Below are positions 50,401 to 58,727 of a stretch of DNA of 64,000 bases, in pieces. A program made the position numbers and the translations under genes. The notes under the pieces are model-generated. The model saw nothing but the letters and a program-made list of their open reading frames with translations, did not search any database and had not been told where the DNA came from. The first letter of the stretch is position 1; the number at the start of each line of letters is the position of its first letter. Origin of the DNA: Saprospiraceae bacterium (GTDB taxonomy: Bacteria; Bacteroidota; Bacteroidia; Chitinophagales; Saprospiraceae); NCBI GenBank assembly GCA_041749255.1, contig JBGTBR010000056.1, positions 38,621 to 102,620 of the forward strand, written 5' to 3'.

Positions 50401-51094
50401 ATCTTTGGCTGATGGGTCATTAACCATGCCGGCAGGAATTCACTATAGTTTTGGAGGCAATTACGAGCAGCAGGTCAGGGCAAAGAAAAATCTCAGCCTC
50501 CTGGTTCCGGTTTCTCTCATCCTTATATTTCTGATTCTTTATTTTCAATTCAGGTCTACCCTCATTAGCCTCATGGTTTTTTCGGGAGTTTTTGTCGCCT
50601 TTTCAGGGGGTTTTATGATGGTATGGTTATACGGACAACCCTGGTTTATGGATTTCGACTTTTTTGGCACTTCCATGAGAGATTTTTTGCAAATTCATCC
50701 TGTCTATCTCAGTGTAGCGGTTTGGGTAGGTTTCCTTGCCTTATTTGGGATCGCTACAGATGATGGTGTATTGGTGGCAACGTATCTTAAGGACAGTTTT
50801 CAAAAGAATAGTCCTCAATCCATTGAAGAAATAAGGGAAACTGTGGTAGAGGGAGGTCTACGAAGAGTCAGGCCTGCTATGATGACTACGGCCACAACTA
50901 TTCTCGCTCTTCTTCCCATATTAAGTTCTACGGGTCGTGGTGCCGACATTATGATCCCTATGGCGATTCCCTCCTTTGGCGGGATGGTATTGCAGGTAAT
51001 CACCATGTTCACTGTACCGATATTATTTGCCGTATGGAAGGAATCAGAATACAAATGGTCAAAAAAATTTAAAAATGATGAAGAAGGATTATAA
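47405..51094 (+). CDS. cusA: CusA/CzcA-family heavy-metal efflux RND permease (1229 aa, with insertions)
   Basis: RND architecture, with ALSGIAIAIGTMVDMGIV (TM4 region) and GIATDDGVLVATY present. There are extra hydrophobic helices between the two halves. Confidence 0.9.
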   Translation: MINSIIKFFLENKLIAYLVLILLAMWGLIHSPFNWNVPFLPSNPISVDAIPDIGENQQIVYTQWPGRSPQDVEDQITYPLTSSLLGIPGIKSIRSNSMFGFSNIFVIFDDDVDFYWSRSRILEKLNALPPNLLPVDVKPSLGPDATALGQIFWYTIEGVDKNGSPTGGWDLDELRTIQDFYVKYSLVSAKGVAEVASIGGYIKEYHVDIDPDKLKARNLSLQQVMQAIKNSNLDIGAQTIEINQAEYFVRGLGYIKSIQDLEESVITTIQNIPVRIKDVARVQFGPAVRRGILDKSGAEVVGGVVVARFGSNPMEVIQNVKKQIAAIEPGLPSKTLDDGTLSQLRIVPFYDRTQLIQETIGTLEDALILEILITVIVVILLLMNLKASLVVSGLLPIAVLMCFIAMNFFNIEANIVALSGIAIAIGTMVDMGIVLTENIYERVTKAPAGESLLSSVFEGSREVGSAVVTAVATTIVSFLPVFAMEAAEGKLFKPLAYTKTFALIAAVIVAICFIPPLMHSLLKKRFDKKLWSGIWLIVISVFALYIWFRFDHAFIWVIPVVVTLSFIKFLIDHFDLLPKGISGTVLNISYAIIIGYILAFIWMPIGADKSTLVNFLFVFILIASLLTLFWLVIHYYADILRLLLKIKTIFLMVVVVLIYLGYSIFSNMPEEFMPSLNEGSFLLMPTSMPHSGVQENINNLRLLDMAVTAIPEVEMVVGKAGRVESALDPAPMSMYENVIIYKSEFKTDENGRKRRFKVDKRGQFVMDDSGELIPDEKGKYFRQWRDYIKSADDIWNEITQVIHIPGVTSAPKLQPIETRLIMLQSGMRAPMGIKVKGHELNEIQEFGLELESLLREVEGVKAPAVFAERIVGKPYLLIDIDREAIARYGLSISEVQEQIQVAIGGMVMTTSVEGRERFNIRLRYPRELRSDTEDINRIFIQTKGYGQIPLGELVTIRYEQGPQAIKSEDGFLIGYVLFDKTPGYAEVSVVNSVENKIKESLADGSLTMPAGIHYSFGGNYEQQVRAKKNLSLLVPVSLILIFLILYFQFRSTLISLMVFSGVFVAFSGGFMMVWLYGQPWFMDFDFFGTSMRDFLQIHPVYLSVAVWVGFLALFGIATDDGVLVATYLKDSFQKNSPQSIEEIRETVVEGGLRRVRPAMMTTATTILALLPILSSTGRGADIMIPMAIPSFGGMVLQVITMFTVPILFAVWKESEYKWSKKFKNDEEGL

Positions 51095-51106
51095 AATATA
51101 TGAACC

Positions 51107-52372
51107 ATGAAAAGAAAAAGTAAGCGTTTTTACAAAAATTCAGCCGAAAGGATATTTCTCCTTTGTGTTTTTCTCTGTTCATCTTATATGACAGAGGCTC
51201 AATCTATAGAATCACTCCTGGCATTAGCACGGAATGAAAATGCATCGCTTAAAGCACTCGACCAGGAGTACCGCTCAGCCGGGCATACTATTGGCCAGGC
51301 CGGATCCTATCCAGACATACAATTTGGCACTGGATTCGGAATTTCTCACCTTGAAACCTTTACAGGTCCTATGCAATTAAGTTTGAATGCATCACAGGCT
51401 ATTCCCTGGCCTGGGTTACTAAAAGCCAGAAAAGAAGTAGCTATAAACAATGCAGAAATCTTTAGCACTGGTAGTATGGAAAAGATGATTGAAATAGAAT
51501 TTGCCATTCGATCTGCCTATTATGAATTAATAGGATTAGGATTAAAGCAAGAAAAAATGAGAGAAATCATCCTGATATTGAATGCTATGAACGATATGGT
51601 GACTGCACGTGTTGAGTCCGGAAAATCCAATCTTGCAGATGTTGTTATTCTACAAAGAAAAATACTGGAAATGGAGGGAAGAATTGCTGTTTTTGAAAAG
51701 AAAAAGCTGCAACCCACCATTATGATTAACCGTTTGACTTACAGAGAATTGGACACGCCTGTCGTCATTGATGAAAATGAATGGTTTCAAAATCGCGACA
51801 TGTCCCTGGAGTTGCAAACGTCCGTCATCCACCACCCTTCCCTTGACAGACTTGATGCAGGTAAAGATCTGGCACTATCAAAAAGTAAGCTTGCAGATCT
51901 GGAGTCAAAACCTAAATTCATGGTAGGTATAGATTATTGGTTTATCGGACAAAGGGATGGACAAATGTTCGAAGGTGCAGGTAGAGATGTCATTATGCCA
52001 AAGGTAAGCGTAACCTTACCCATAAGTCGCAGAAGATTTCACTCTATAAAAGATGAACAGAATGTAAGAATTCGTTCCATCGAACTCAATCAGGAAGACC
52101 TAAAGCGTGGCTTTGAAGCTGAAATCCTTTCGGCTGAGCAGGAAGTGTTGGAATTCGAGGAGTGGATTTCAATACTGGACGATTTAATCCAAAGTACGCA
52201 ACATGTTATTGATTTGACTATATCAGCATATACTGGCGGAAACGCATCGGTAAATGAGATTCTGGAAGTGACAGAATCGGGAATTCAATACGAAATTGAA
52301 AAAATCGATGCAGAAAAAGCAATATTATTGGCATTGGCAAGAAAACAAAAATTCATACAACCCATCAGATAA
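51107..52372 (+). CDS. TolC-family outer-membrane efflux protein
   Basis: 421 aa with a signal peptide and two repeats of coiled-coil plus beta segments. It lies between the RND permease and the adaptor. Confidence 0.8.
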   Translation: MKRKSKRFYKNSAERIFLLCVFLCSSYMTEAQSIESLLALARNENASLKALDQEYRSAGHTIGQAGSYPDIQFGTGFGISHLETFTGPMQLSLNASQAIPWPGLLKARKEVAINNAEIFSTGSMEKMIEIEFAIRSAYYELIGLGLKQEKMREIILILNAMNDMVTARVESGKSNLADVVILQRKILEMEGRIAVFEKKKLQPTIMINRLTYRELDTPVVIDENEWFQNRDMSLELQTSVIHHPSLDRLDAGKDLALSKSKLADLESKPKFMVGIDYWFIGQRDGQMFEGAGRDVIMPKVSVTLPISRRRFHSIKDEQNVRIRSIELNQEDLKRGFEAEILSAEQEVLEFEEWISILDDLIQSTQHVIDLTISAYTGGNASVNEILEVTESGIQYEIEKIDAEKAILLALARKQKFIQPIR

Positions 52373-52395
52373 TACATTTATAAACTTGGATAAAA

Positions 52396-54147
52396 ATGAA
52401 AATTAAACAAAAAACAATTTTAATAGGAGTGGCCATATTCATCGTTGGGCTGCTCATTGGAAAATGGGTTTTTAGCAGCTCTGAAGGTCATGACCATACA
52501 CAGGTTGACCAGGAATCTTCAGGAAATACGGTGTACACCTGTTCCATGCATCCGCAAATCAGACAAAACGAACCTGGCATTTGCCCTATTTGTGAAATGG
52601 ATTTGACACCACTTAGCGATCAAATTAACACGGAAGATCCGGCCATTCTTCAAATGACCCCTGCAGCTGTTAAGCTGGCTCAAATTGAAACCATCATTGT
52701 AGGTTCTGAAAGCCTTTCATCCGCTGATAAGATAATACGATTAGAAGGCACAGTCCAGGTCGATGAAAGACAGGTAAGCAGTCAAACTGCCCATGTCGGT
52801 GGTCGTATTGACAAGATTAATATAGGATTCACAGGAAGCTATGTACGAAAAGGTCAAGTGGTCGCATCGATTTATTCTCCAGAGCTATTTAGCACAGGAC
52901 AGGAGTTACTCACAGCATATAAAAATCGGGAAACGGTTCCGGGACTCTACCCCGCTGTAAGAGAAAAGTTGAAAAACTGGAAACTTAACGATGTCCAGAT
53001 TCAACAAATACTGGACTCAGGCAAAGCTCCGGAAACCATCGATATTATTGCAGAGGAGTCGGGATATATCACTTCACGAAGGGTATCTTTAGGTGATTAC
53101 ATCGAAGTGGGTGGCATTTTCTACACACTCACCAATACAAGCAGAATCTGGGCAGTTTTTAATGCCTTTGAAAGCGATTTGGCCTTCATTCGTCCTGGAT
53201 CAAAAGTTACATTTCAAACACCTTCTCTTCCCGGCAAAACCTTACTGGCTACCATTTCTTCCATTGATCCTATTTTGGATTCCGGTACCAGATCAGTTCA
53301 GATAAGAGCTCTTATAGGAAGTGAGGGAGGCCTTGTAAAACCAGGCATGATTATACGCGGAGAATTGGCCGTAAAAGAAAAACCAAATCAAACCCAATCA
53401 GTCATCATCCCTCAATCATCCGTGCTTTGGACAGGAAAAAGGTCTGTGGTGTATGTCCAGGATCCGGAACAGGAAATACCTACATTTAATTACAGAGAGG
53501 TTGAGTTGGGTGACAGAGTTGGTAACCATTATACTATTTTATCAGGAATTGAGTTTGGTGATCGTATTGTGGTAAAAGGAGCTTTTGCTGTCGATGCTTC
53601 AGCACAGCTCAGTAACAGGTTAAGCATGATGAATAAAAATGTAACTGTTGCAAGTCCAAACGCCCCAACACAAGTCCAATCATTCAAAGATCAAATGACG
53701 GATTCATTGAGCAAAAAATTATTGCAATTGGCAGATCAGTATTTGCTTTTGAAAGATCAATTGGTAAACTCCAATCCAAACGGAGCAAAAGCAGAAGCGG
53801 AAAAGATCATTATTCAAATAGAAGAAATGAATGTTTCGAATCTTTCAGAAGAGGCAATGTCCACATGGAATATACAGGTAAGTGCTATTAATGAACACGT
53901 ACAAAAACTCATCGATTCCAGTGATATAGAGGCTCAAAGAAAGCAATTCCAATTTATTTCAGATGCGCTCATTACCATGATGAAATCGTTTGGTATTTAT
54001 GAAGGCAGCTTGTTTGTACAGCATTGTCCTATGGCTTTTGATAATGCAGGAGCCAATTGGCTAAGCGATGAAAAAGCAATAAGAAACCCATATTTTGGGG
54101 ACAGGATGATGAAATGTGGAAGTGTTATTGAAGAAATTCATCCTTAA
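52396..54147 (+). CDS. cusB: Efflux RND periplasmic adaptor (CusB-like) fused to an N-terminal heavy-metal-binding domain and a C-terminal DUF3347-like domain
   Basis: YTCSMHPQIRQNEPGICPICEMDL at the N-terminus, the HlyD/MFP core, and HCPMAFDNAGANWLS near the C-terminus. Confidence 0.88.
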   Translation: MKIKQKTILIGVAIFIVGLLIGKWVFSSSEGHDHTQVDQESSGNTVYTCSMHPQIRQNEPGICPICEMDLTPLSDQINTEDPAILQMTPAAVKLAQIETIIVGSESLSSADKIIRLEGTVQVDERQVSSQTAHVGGRIDKINIGFTGSYVRKGQVVASIYSPELFSTGQELLTAYKNRETVPGLYPAVREKLKNWKLNDVQIQQILDSGKAPETIDIIAEESGYITSRRVSLGDYIEVGGIFYTLTNTSRIWAVFNAFESDLAFIRPGSKVTFQTPSLPGKTLLATISSIDPILDSGTRSVQIRALIGSEGGLVKPGMIIRGELAVKEKPNQTQSVIIPQSSVLWTGKRSVVYVQDPEQEIPTFNYREVELGDRVGNHYTILSGIEFGDRIVVKGAFAVDASAQLSNRLSMMNKNVTVASPNAPTQVQSFKDQMTDSLSKKLLQLADQYLLLKDQLVNSNPNGAKAEAEKIIIQIEEMNVSNLSEEAMSTWNIQVSAINEHVQKLIDSSDIEAQRKQFQFISDALITMMKSFGIYEGSLFVQHCPMAFDNAGANWLSDEKAIRNPYFGDRMMKCGSVIEEIHP

Positions 54148-54346
54148 TCAGGTGCAACAGTATAATAATTGTTTAATTTTGAATTCATTTTATACTGGGT
54201 ACTATACCTGAAATGAGTAATATTGAATTAAAGTATACCTGTCTGCTACCTGTCGCACATGCAGGAACACTCAAGTACAATATGGCAGGAAGGAATATTA
54301 TAATGTATAATCTGGATTAAACACATAACACTTTAAATCAAAACGT

Positions 54347-54613
54347 ATGAAAATTTTATTTTTTAGTTTGTTAATGACTTTTGCATTTTTGGCCTGTAAA
54401 CAGGGGAAAGACCACTCGCACGACAAAATGGAAGGCACAGAAATGGAAACTGATATGTCCGGACCGGAATATACCTCTGCCTATGTTTGCCCTATGCATT
54501 GCAAAGGAAGCGGCAGTGATAAGCCGGGAGAATGTCCGGTTTGCGGAATGGATTATGTAATGAATGAAAACACGCAAGGAACGCATGATGATCATTCAGG
54601 TCATGACCATTAA
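54347..54613 (+). CDS. Small His-rich lipoprotein with a variant heavy-metal-binding domain
   Basis: Lipobox LACKQ. The module is YVCPMHCKGSGSDKPGECPVCGMDY, with His-rich ends (HSHD, HDDHSGHDH). Confidence 0.7.
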   Translation: MKILFFSLLMTFAFLACKQGKDHSHDKMEGTEMETDMSGPEYTSAYVCPMHCKGSGSDKPGECPVCGMDYVMNENTQGTHDDHSGHDH

Positions 54614-54667
54614 TGCAATTGACTGGTTACGCTTGGATGATATTATAAATTGAATGTAAAAAAATAA

Positions 54668-55660
54668 ATGAAGTACTGGCTATTTTGTTTCATTACCATC
54701 GCATGGGTGGCTATCTCATGTAAGCAAATAAAACAAGAAAAATCACTTCCTGATCACATCGAGGTGTTGGATTCTTCCCTGTTGGATATATTCTCATGGG
54801 AAAATAGCCCAGACACATTGGGTGGTGGTTATGTTTGGTCAGAAGGGCCGTTTTATGCAACTGAGGGTGATATGCTTCTATTTAGTGATGTACCTACCAA
54901 TCGTATCTATAAATGGACAGAAGCCGCGGGAGTCGAGGTGTATTTGGAACCTTCTGGTTATACTGGTGAGGAAACTCAAGGTGAAGAAGGATCCAATGGC
55001 CTAATTATAGATAATGAAGGTCGACTTTTGATTTGTCAACATGGAGACAGGAGAGTAGCTTTTATGAATGCACCCCTGCATGAGCCTACATCTCAATTTA
55101 CCACACTGGCTGACCATTTTTCAAATAAAAAATTCAATAGCCCCAATGATCTTTGTCAATCTAAGGGCGGAAATATTTATTTTACAGATCCGCCATATGG
55201 GTTGTCTAAAAACGCAACCAGGGAATTGGACTATCACGGAGTATACAGGATTGATACTTCCGGTGTTGTAACTTTACTCATCGACTCATTAACCCGACCC
55301 AATGGAATTGCTCTTTCTTCTGATGAAAAAACGCTCTATATCACCAATTCAGATCCGGAGAAAGCTTATTTGTATGCCTATAAGTTAGACGATTCGAATG
55401 GTGAGGTTAGCGATGGAAAAGTATTGCTGGATATGACCTCTCGTGTTAAAAATCATAAAGGATTACCTGATGGGTTAAAAATTCACCACACCGGCCTTAT
55501 ATTCACTACCGGCCCCGGTGGTGTATTGATTGTTCATCCGGATGGAAAACACCTGGGAACTATAAAAACATCGAAGGCAACTTCTAATTGTGCCTTTGGT
55601 CCTGATGAAAAAGAGATTTTTCTCACCAATCACGACCTTTTGGTAAGAGTTGGATTATAA
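54668..55660 (+). CDS. SMP-30/gluconolactonase/LRE-family beta-propeller lipoprotein
   Basis: EGPFY, NSPNDL, FTDPPYG and RPNGIALS motifs. Confidence 0.85.
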   Translation: MKYWLFCFITIAWVAISCKQIKQEKSLPDHIEVLDSSLLDIFSWENSPDTLGGGYVWSEGPFYATEGDMLLFSDVPTNRIYKWTEAAGVEVYLEPSGYTGEETQGEEGSNGLIIDNEGRLLICQHGDRRVAFMNAPLHEPTSQFTTLADHFSNKKFNSPNDLCQSKGGNIYFTDPPYGLSKNATRELDYHGVYRIDTSGVVTLLIDSLTRPNGIALSSDEKTLYITNSDPEKAYLYAYKLDDSNGEVSDGKVLLDMTSRVKNHKGLPDGLKIHHTGLIFTTGPGGVLIVHPDGKHLGTIKTSKATSNCAFGPDEKEIFLTNHDLLVRVGL

Positions 55661-55710
55661 TGAAAGTGTCGAGTTAAGTGTATATTGATGAAATGCTACA
55701 AAAGCAGAAA

Positions 55711-56619
55711 TTAACTTATGCTATTGAAAAACATTTTTTTGCTTACGATACCTACTGCAAAAATTAAAAATAATAAAAATAGAATAATTATGCCCCAATG
55801 AGAAAGGGTCGGGATGACGATCGCACTGTAAGAAATTACAATTTGACCATTACCTGAATTTATTCCTGGAATTGCTTCTTCTTCAGTTCCTGAAGGGTCA
55901 ACATAAGAAGTTCCTCCTCCTGCATCTACATTCATTCCCCCTCCATTTCCGCCTGAGTAGCCTCCGCCACCTCCACCCCAAGCTCTGCCTCCGCCACCTC
56001 CGCCGAATCCGCCTACACCTAGGCTTCCAGAACCTGCTGATCCACCACTTAAGCCATTAGCGAAACTTGATCCACCAGTAGCTCCAAAGGGAAGTACAGC
56101 AGCTCCATCTGCGCCATTACCATTGAAACCAGCACCCCCGCCTCCGTCACCTCCAGCACCTCCATTTCCTGCACCTGCAAATCCCTCTCCATTTAAGCCA
56201 GAAATGCAAATTTGAATACAGCTACCTCCACCTCCGCCCCCGGCAGCTAAAAGAAGGACATTTCCAGTACCAACAACAAAGGAGCCTCCGCCTCCGCCAC
56301 CTCCAGTATTAAGAAAAGTACCGTTACCTCCACTTTGTCCAACTGCAACCGTTAGTATATCACCAGGAATAACTGCAAATACCGCACTTGCTTCAGCACC
56401 TAATCCACCTGTACCTACACTCATACCATCATTACCAGTTCCAGTTCCTCCAGAGCCACCAATAGCGGTAATAGATAAACTGAATACATTTGCGGGAACA
56501 ACAAATTGTTCAGTTGCTCCGGTATAATTAAAAGTAATTTGATTTGCTTGAGCAAAAAGTTGATTTGAAAAGAATATCAATGAAAATCCGCAGAATAGCG
56601 TAGTAATTAACTTTTTCAA
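55711..56619 (-). CDS. Glycine-rich domain protein (Pfam Gly_rich / ALK-LTK GlyR-like) with an IPTL-CTERM-like sorting tail
   Basis: Signal peptide, then FNYTGATEQFVVPANVFSLSITAIGGSGGTG, VAVGQSGGNG, GGGGGGSFVV and LLLAAGGGGGG. The C-terminus is IPTLSHWGIIILFLLFLIFAVGIVSKK. Confidence 0.7.
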   Translation of the reverse strand: MKKLITTLFCGFSLIFFSNQLFAQANQITFNYTGATEQFVVPANVFSLSITAIGGSGGTGTGNDGMSVGTGGLGAEASAVFAVIPGDILTVAVGQSGGNGTFLNTGGGGGGGSFVVGTGNVLLLAAGGGGGGSCIQICISGLNGEGFAGAGNGGAGGDGGGGAGFNGNGADGAAVLPFGATGGSSFANGLSGGSAGSGSLGVGGFGGGGGGRAWGGGGGGYSGGNGGGMNVDAGGGTSYVDPSGTEEEAIPGINSGNGQIVISYSAIVIPTLSHWGIIILFLLFLIFAVGIVSKKMFFNSIS

Positions 56620-56810
56620 TTTAGTTGATTTTATAGTTTTTAAAATTTATGTAAGTATAATATATATATTTTAACATTTCAGTCTGAAAATATGTAATTT
56701 AATAAAAAAGAGAATTTTATCCACCAATAAGTAATTGTTTTAGTTGATTTTGTAAATAATATTATTGTAAATTATTATGTGTAAATCATTAATAATTAAA
56801 TTTTTGTATT

Positions 56811-57005
56811 ATGATTACGCAACAAGAAATCACCATTTTAAGGTCTTATCTCCAAGAAGCGGAAAATCGCTTTTTGAAACTTGAAGACGAGTTTAAGATA
56901 ATCGTTGCACAAAATGCTGCTTTATCACAGCAACTCACTCAAAAGGATGAACAGATGAAACAACTCACCCAAGAGCTCGAAAAAATTCAAACATCGAAAG
57001 GATAG
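56811..57005 (+). CDS. Small coiled-coil protein, unknown function
   Basis: 64 aa with heptad-like patterning, rich in L/Q/E. Confidence 0.4.
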   Translation: MITQQEITILRSYLQEAENRFLKLEDEFKIIVAQNAALSQQLTQKDEQMKQLTQELEKIQTSKG

Positions 57006-57137
57006 CAATTTTAGTCCTACACCAATTCACCCCACATAGTTCCCTTCTATTGTATGGGTATACGAATTCTCACTTTCCCGCTTTCCATAGGAACCTTTCC
57101 AATTATTTTAAACATTATTATTTTTAAACGCGGAAAT

Positions 57138-57695
57138 ATGGAAGAGGATATCACATCAAAGGATTTGAAAGAAATGCTCAGTGAATTGATAAAGAGCCAA
57201 AAAGAAACTGACGTCAAATTCAAAGAAACTGATGTCAAATTTAAGGAAACAGATAAAAGAATAAAAGAGGCATTTGATTTATTCACCTCTCAATGGGGAA
57301 AGTTAATAGAATCATTGGTGGAAGGTGACCTCCTCCGGCTGTTGAATGAAAGGGGAATTTATGTGAGAGATACTTCTCTTAGAAGAAAAGGCAGCCATAA
57401 TGGTCATAACTACGAATTTGATATCATTGCACACAATGTAAGGGAAGTCGTCATTGTGGAGGTCAAAACCACATTAAGGGTTAGTCAGGTTAAGCACTTT
57501 TTAAAAAAGCTTCAGAGCATTAAAAAATGGATAAGAGAATACGAAAACTTCAAAATTTACGGTGCTGTAGCTTTCCTAACTGCTGAAGAAGCCAGCGATC
57601 TGTTTGCTGAAAAAAATGGATTATTTATTATCAAAGCAACCGGAGATTCCGCTAGCATTATTAATAAGAACGATTTTGTACCCTATGTATTTTAA
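57138..57695 (+). CDS. Coiled-coil plus PD-(D/E)XK nuclease-fold protein (DUF3782-like)
   Basis: YEFDIIAHNVREVVIVEVK gives D-x12-E-V-K. An alternative upstream ATG at 57054 would add a hydrophobic N-terminus. Confidence 0.6.
   Translation: MEEDITSKDLKEMLSELIKSQKETDVKFKETDVKFKETDKRIKEAFDLFTSQWGKLIESLVEGDLLRLLNERGIYVRDTSLRRKGSHNGHNYEFDIIAHNVREVVIVEVKTTLRVSQVKHFLKKLQSIKKWIREYENFKIYGAVAFLTAEEASDLFAEKNGLFIIKATGDSASIINKNDFVPYVF
57201..57253 (+). repeat. In-frame 21-nt tandem repeat (about 2.5 copies) encoding KETDVKF
   Basis: AAAGAAACTGACGTCAAATTC / AAAGAAACTGATGTCAAATTT / AAGGAAACAGA. Confidence 0.85.
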
Positions 57696-57880
57696 ACCCG
57701 CATAATTCATGAAGGCTTCTATTACAAGGCTAGATGCCTTCATAAATGGGCACGTGTTCGATTTTCTGTCCTCAACCCCCAAAGCTTTGGGGGCTATTTC
57801 TGCGGAAAAAAATCTTCACGAGCACCCATTTCTATTGGCTTCCAGCCTTTCATGACGAATCCCTCATGAATTATGCGGGT
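57696..57880. repeat. 185-bp nested-palindrome element with ~20-bp terminal inverted repeats (MITE-like or a long bidirectional terminator)
   Basis: ACCCGCATAATTCATGAAGG (57696-57715) versus CCCTCATGAATTATGCGGGT (57861-57880), 19/20 complementary. Internal hairpins: ATGAAGGC/GCCTTCAT (57709-57743) and CCCCCAAAGCTTTGGGGG (57776-57793). TAA flanks both ends. Confidence 0.6.
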
Positions 57881-57943
57881 TAATAATACCGCTAACCTGA
57901 GATTCTGGGGTTATCCAATAGAGATGACTTTTTATTGCCAACT

Positions 57944-58723
57944 TTATTCTTCAAGATAATTTCGCAGAAGGTTGAAGTATTTTTCCGTATCCCTGGTAAT
58001 GGCTTCCATATGATTGCCTTCAAGCACATGCAATTCACCTTGTACTTTCATGTTTTGCTGTAATCGCCTTCCCATTGAAACGGTAGTGAGATCATCAATC
58101 TTGCAATAAATTAAAAGTAACTTCCCGGGCTTTTTCACTTCCCGGATTCTCCTGTAATAAGAAAAAAATCGATTGGCAGATGGTACGAAAGGAAATAAAA
58201 ACAGCGATATAAAATACAAAGAACGATTTCGGCTTTTGTAATAATGGGCGGCATGATCCAGGCAATTTTCAATGATGGCTTTATCAAAATGACAAACATT
58301 CCCTGCAAGTCCGTTGATTAAAACTGCTCCTCCAAATGAAATTCCATGTCCTGTCAGCAAGTGGATATTCCATTTTTGGTGGCAGAAATTATAAATCATT
58401 CTTACATCTTCACCAAAATTAAAATCAATATCCTCACTTTCGCCAAAACCATTGGCATCAAAAATTACTACATGAAAGCCCAATTGGTGATAAAAATCTG
58501 CATGTCCGGTATGTAGAAAATAGTCTTTGGCCTCTTTCCTGTAAGGATGCATAAGGATGACCACTTTCCCATCATCACAATCAGCTGACCAATACCTTAC
58601 GGCCAGTTTCCTTTCTCCTTCATTTAGAATCACATGGTGCCAGTATGTAGGAATATCTGTAGGAATAGAATATTGGCTTCCTCTTCCGAGAAACTTTCTT
58701 TTCCAAAAGTTGGCCTTGTACAT
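57944..58723 (-). CDS. Alpha/beta hydrolase
   Basis: Nucleophile elbow GHGISFGG, with later D (KIDD) and H (EGNH) candidates. It lies 4 nt downstream of the response regulator gene. Confidence 0.7.
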   Translation of the reverse strand: MYKANFWKRKFLGRGSQYSIPTDIPTYWHHVILNEGERKLAVRYWSADCDDGKVVILMHPYRKEAKDYFLHTGHADFYHQLGFHVVIFDANGFGESEDIDFNFGEDVRMIYNFCHQKWNIHLLTGHGISFGGAVLINGLAGNVCHFDKAIIENCLDHAAHYYKSRNRSLYFISLFLFPFVPSANRFFSYYRRIREVKKPGKLLLIYCKIDDLTTVSMGRRLQQNMKVQGELHVLEGNHMEAITRDTEKYFNLLRNYLEE

Positions 58724-58727
58724 AGGG

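Noticed and set aside
54213-54320. 35-codon ORF MSNIELKYTCLLPVAH… between cusB and the small HMBD gene, reminiscent of the YTCPMHP motif
   Set aside because: Only the YTC tripeptide matches and the second Cys pair is missing. It could be a decayed fragment, but the evidence is too weak to call a gene or pseudogene.
57748-57830. tRNA-like GTTCGATT word inside the 185-bp palindromic element
   Set aside because: No acceptor, D or anticodon arms can be drawn. The match is limited to a T-loop-like heptamer.
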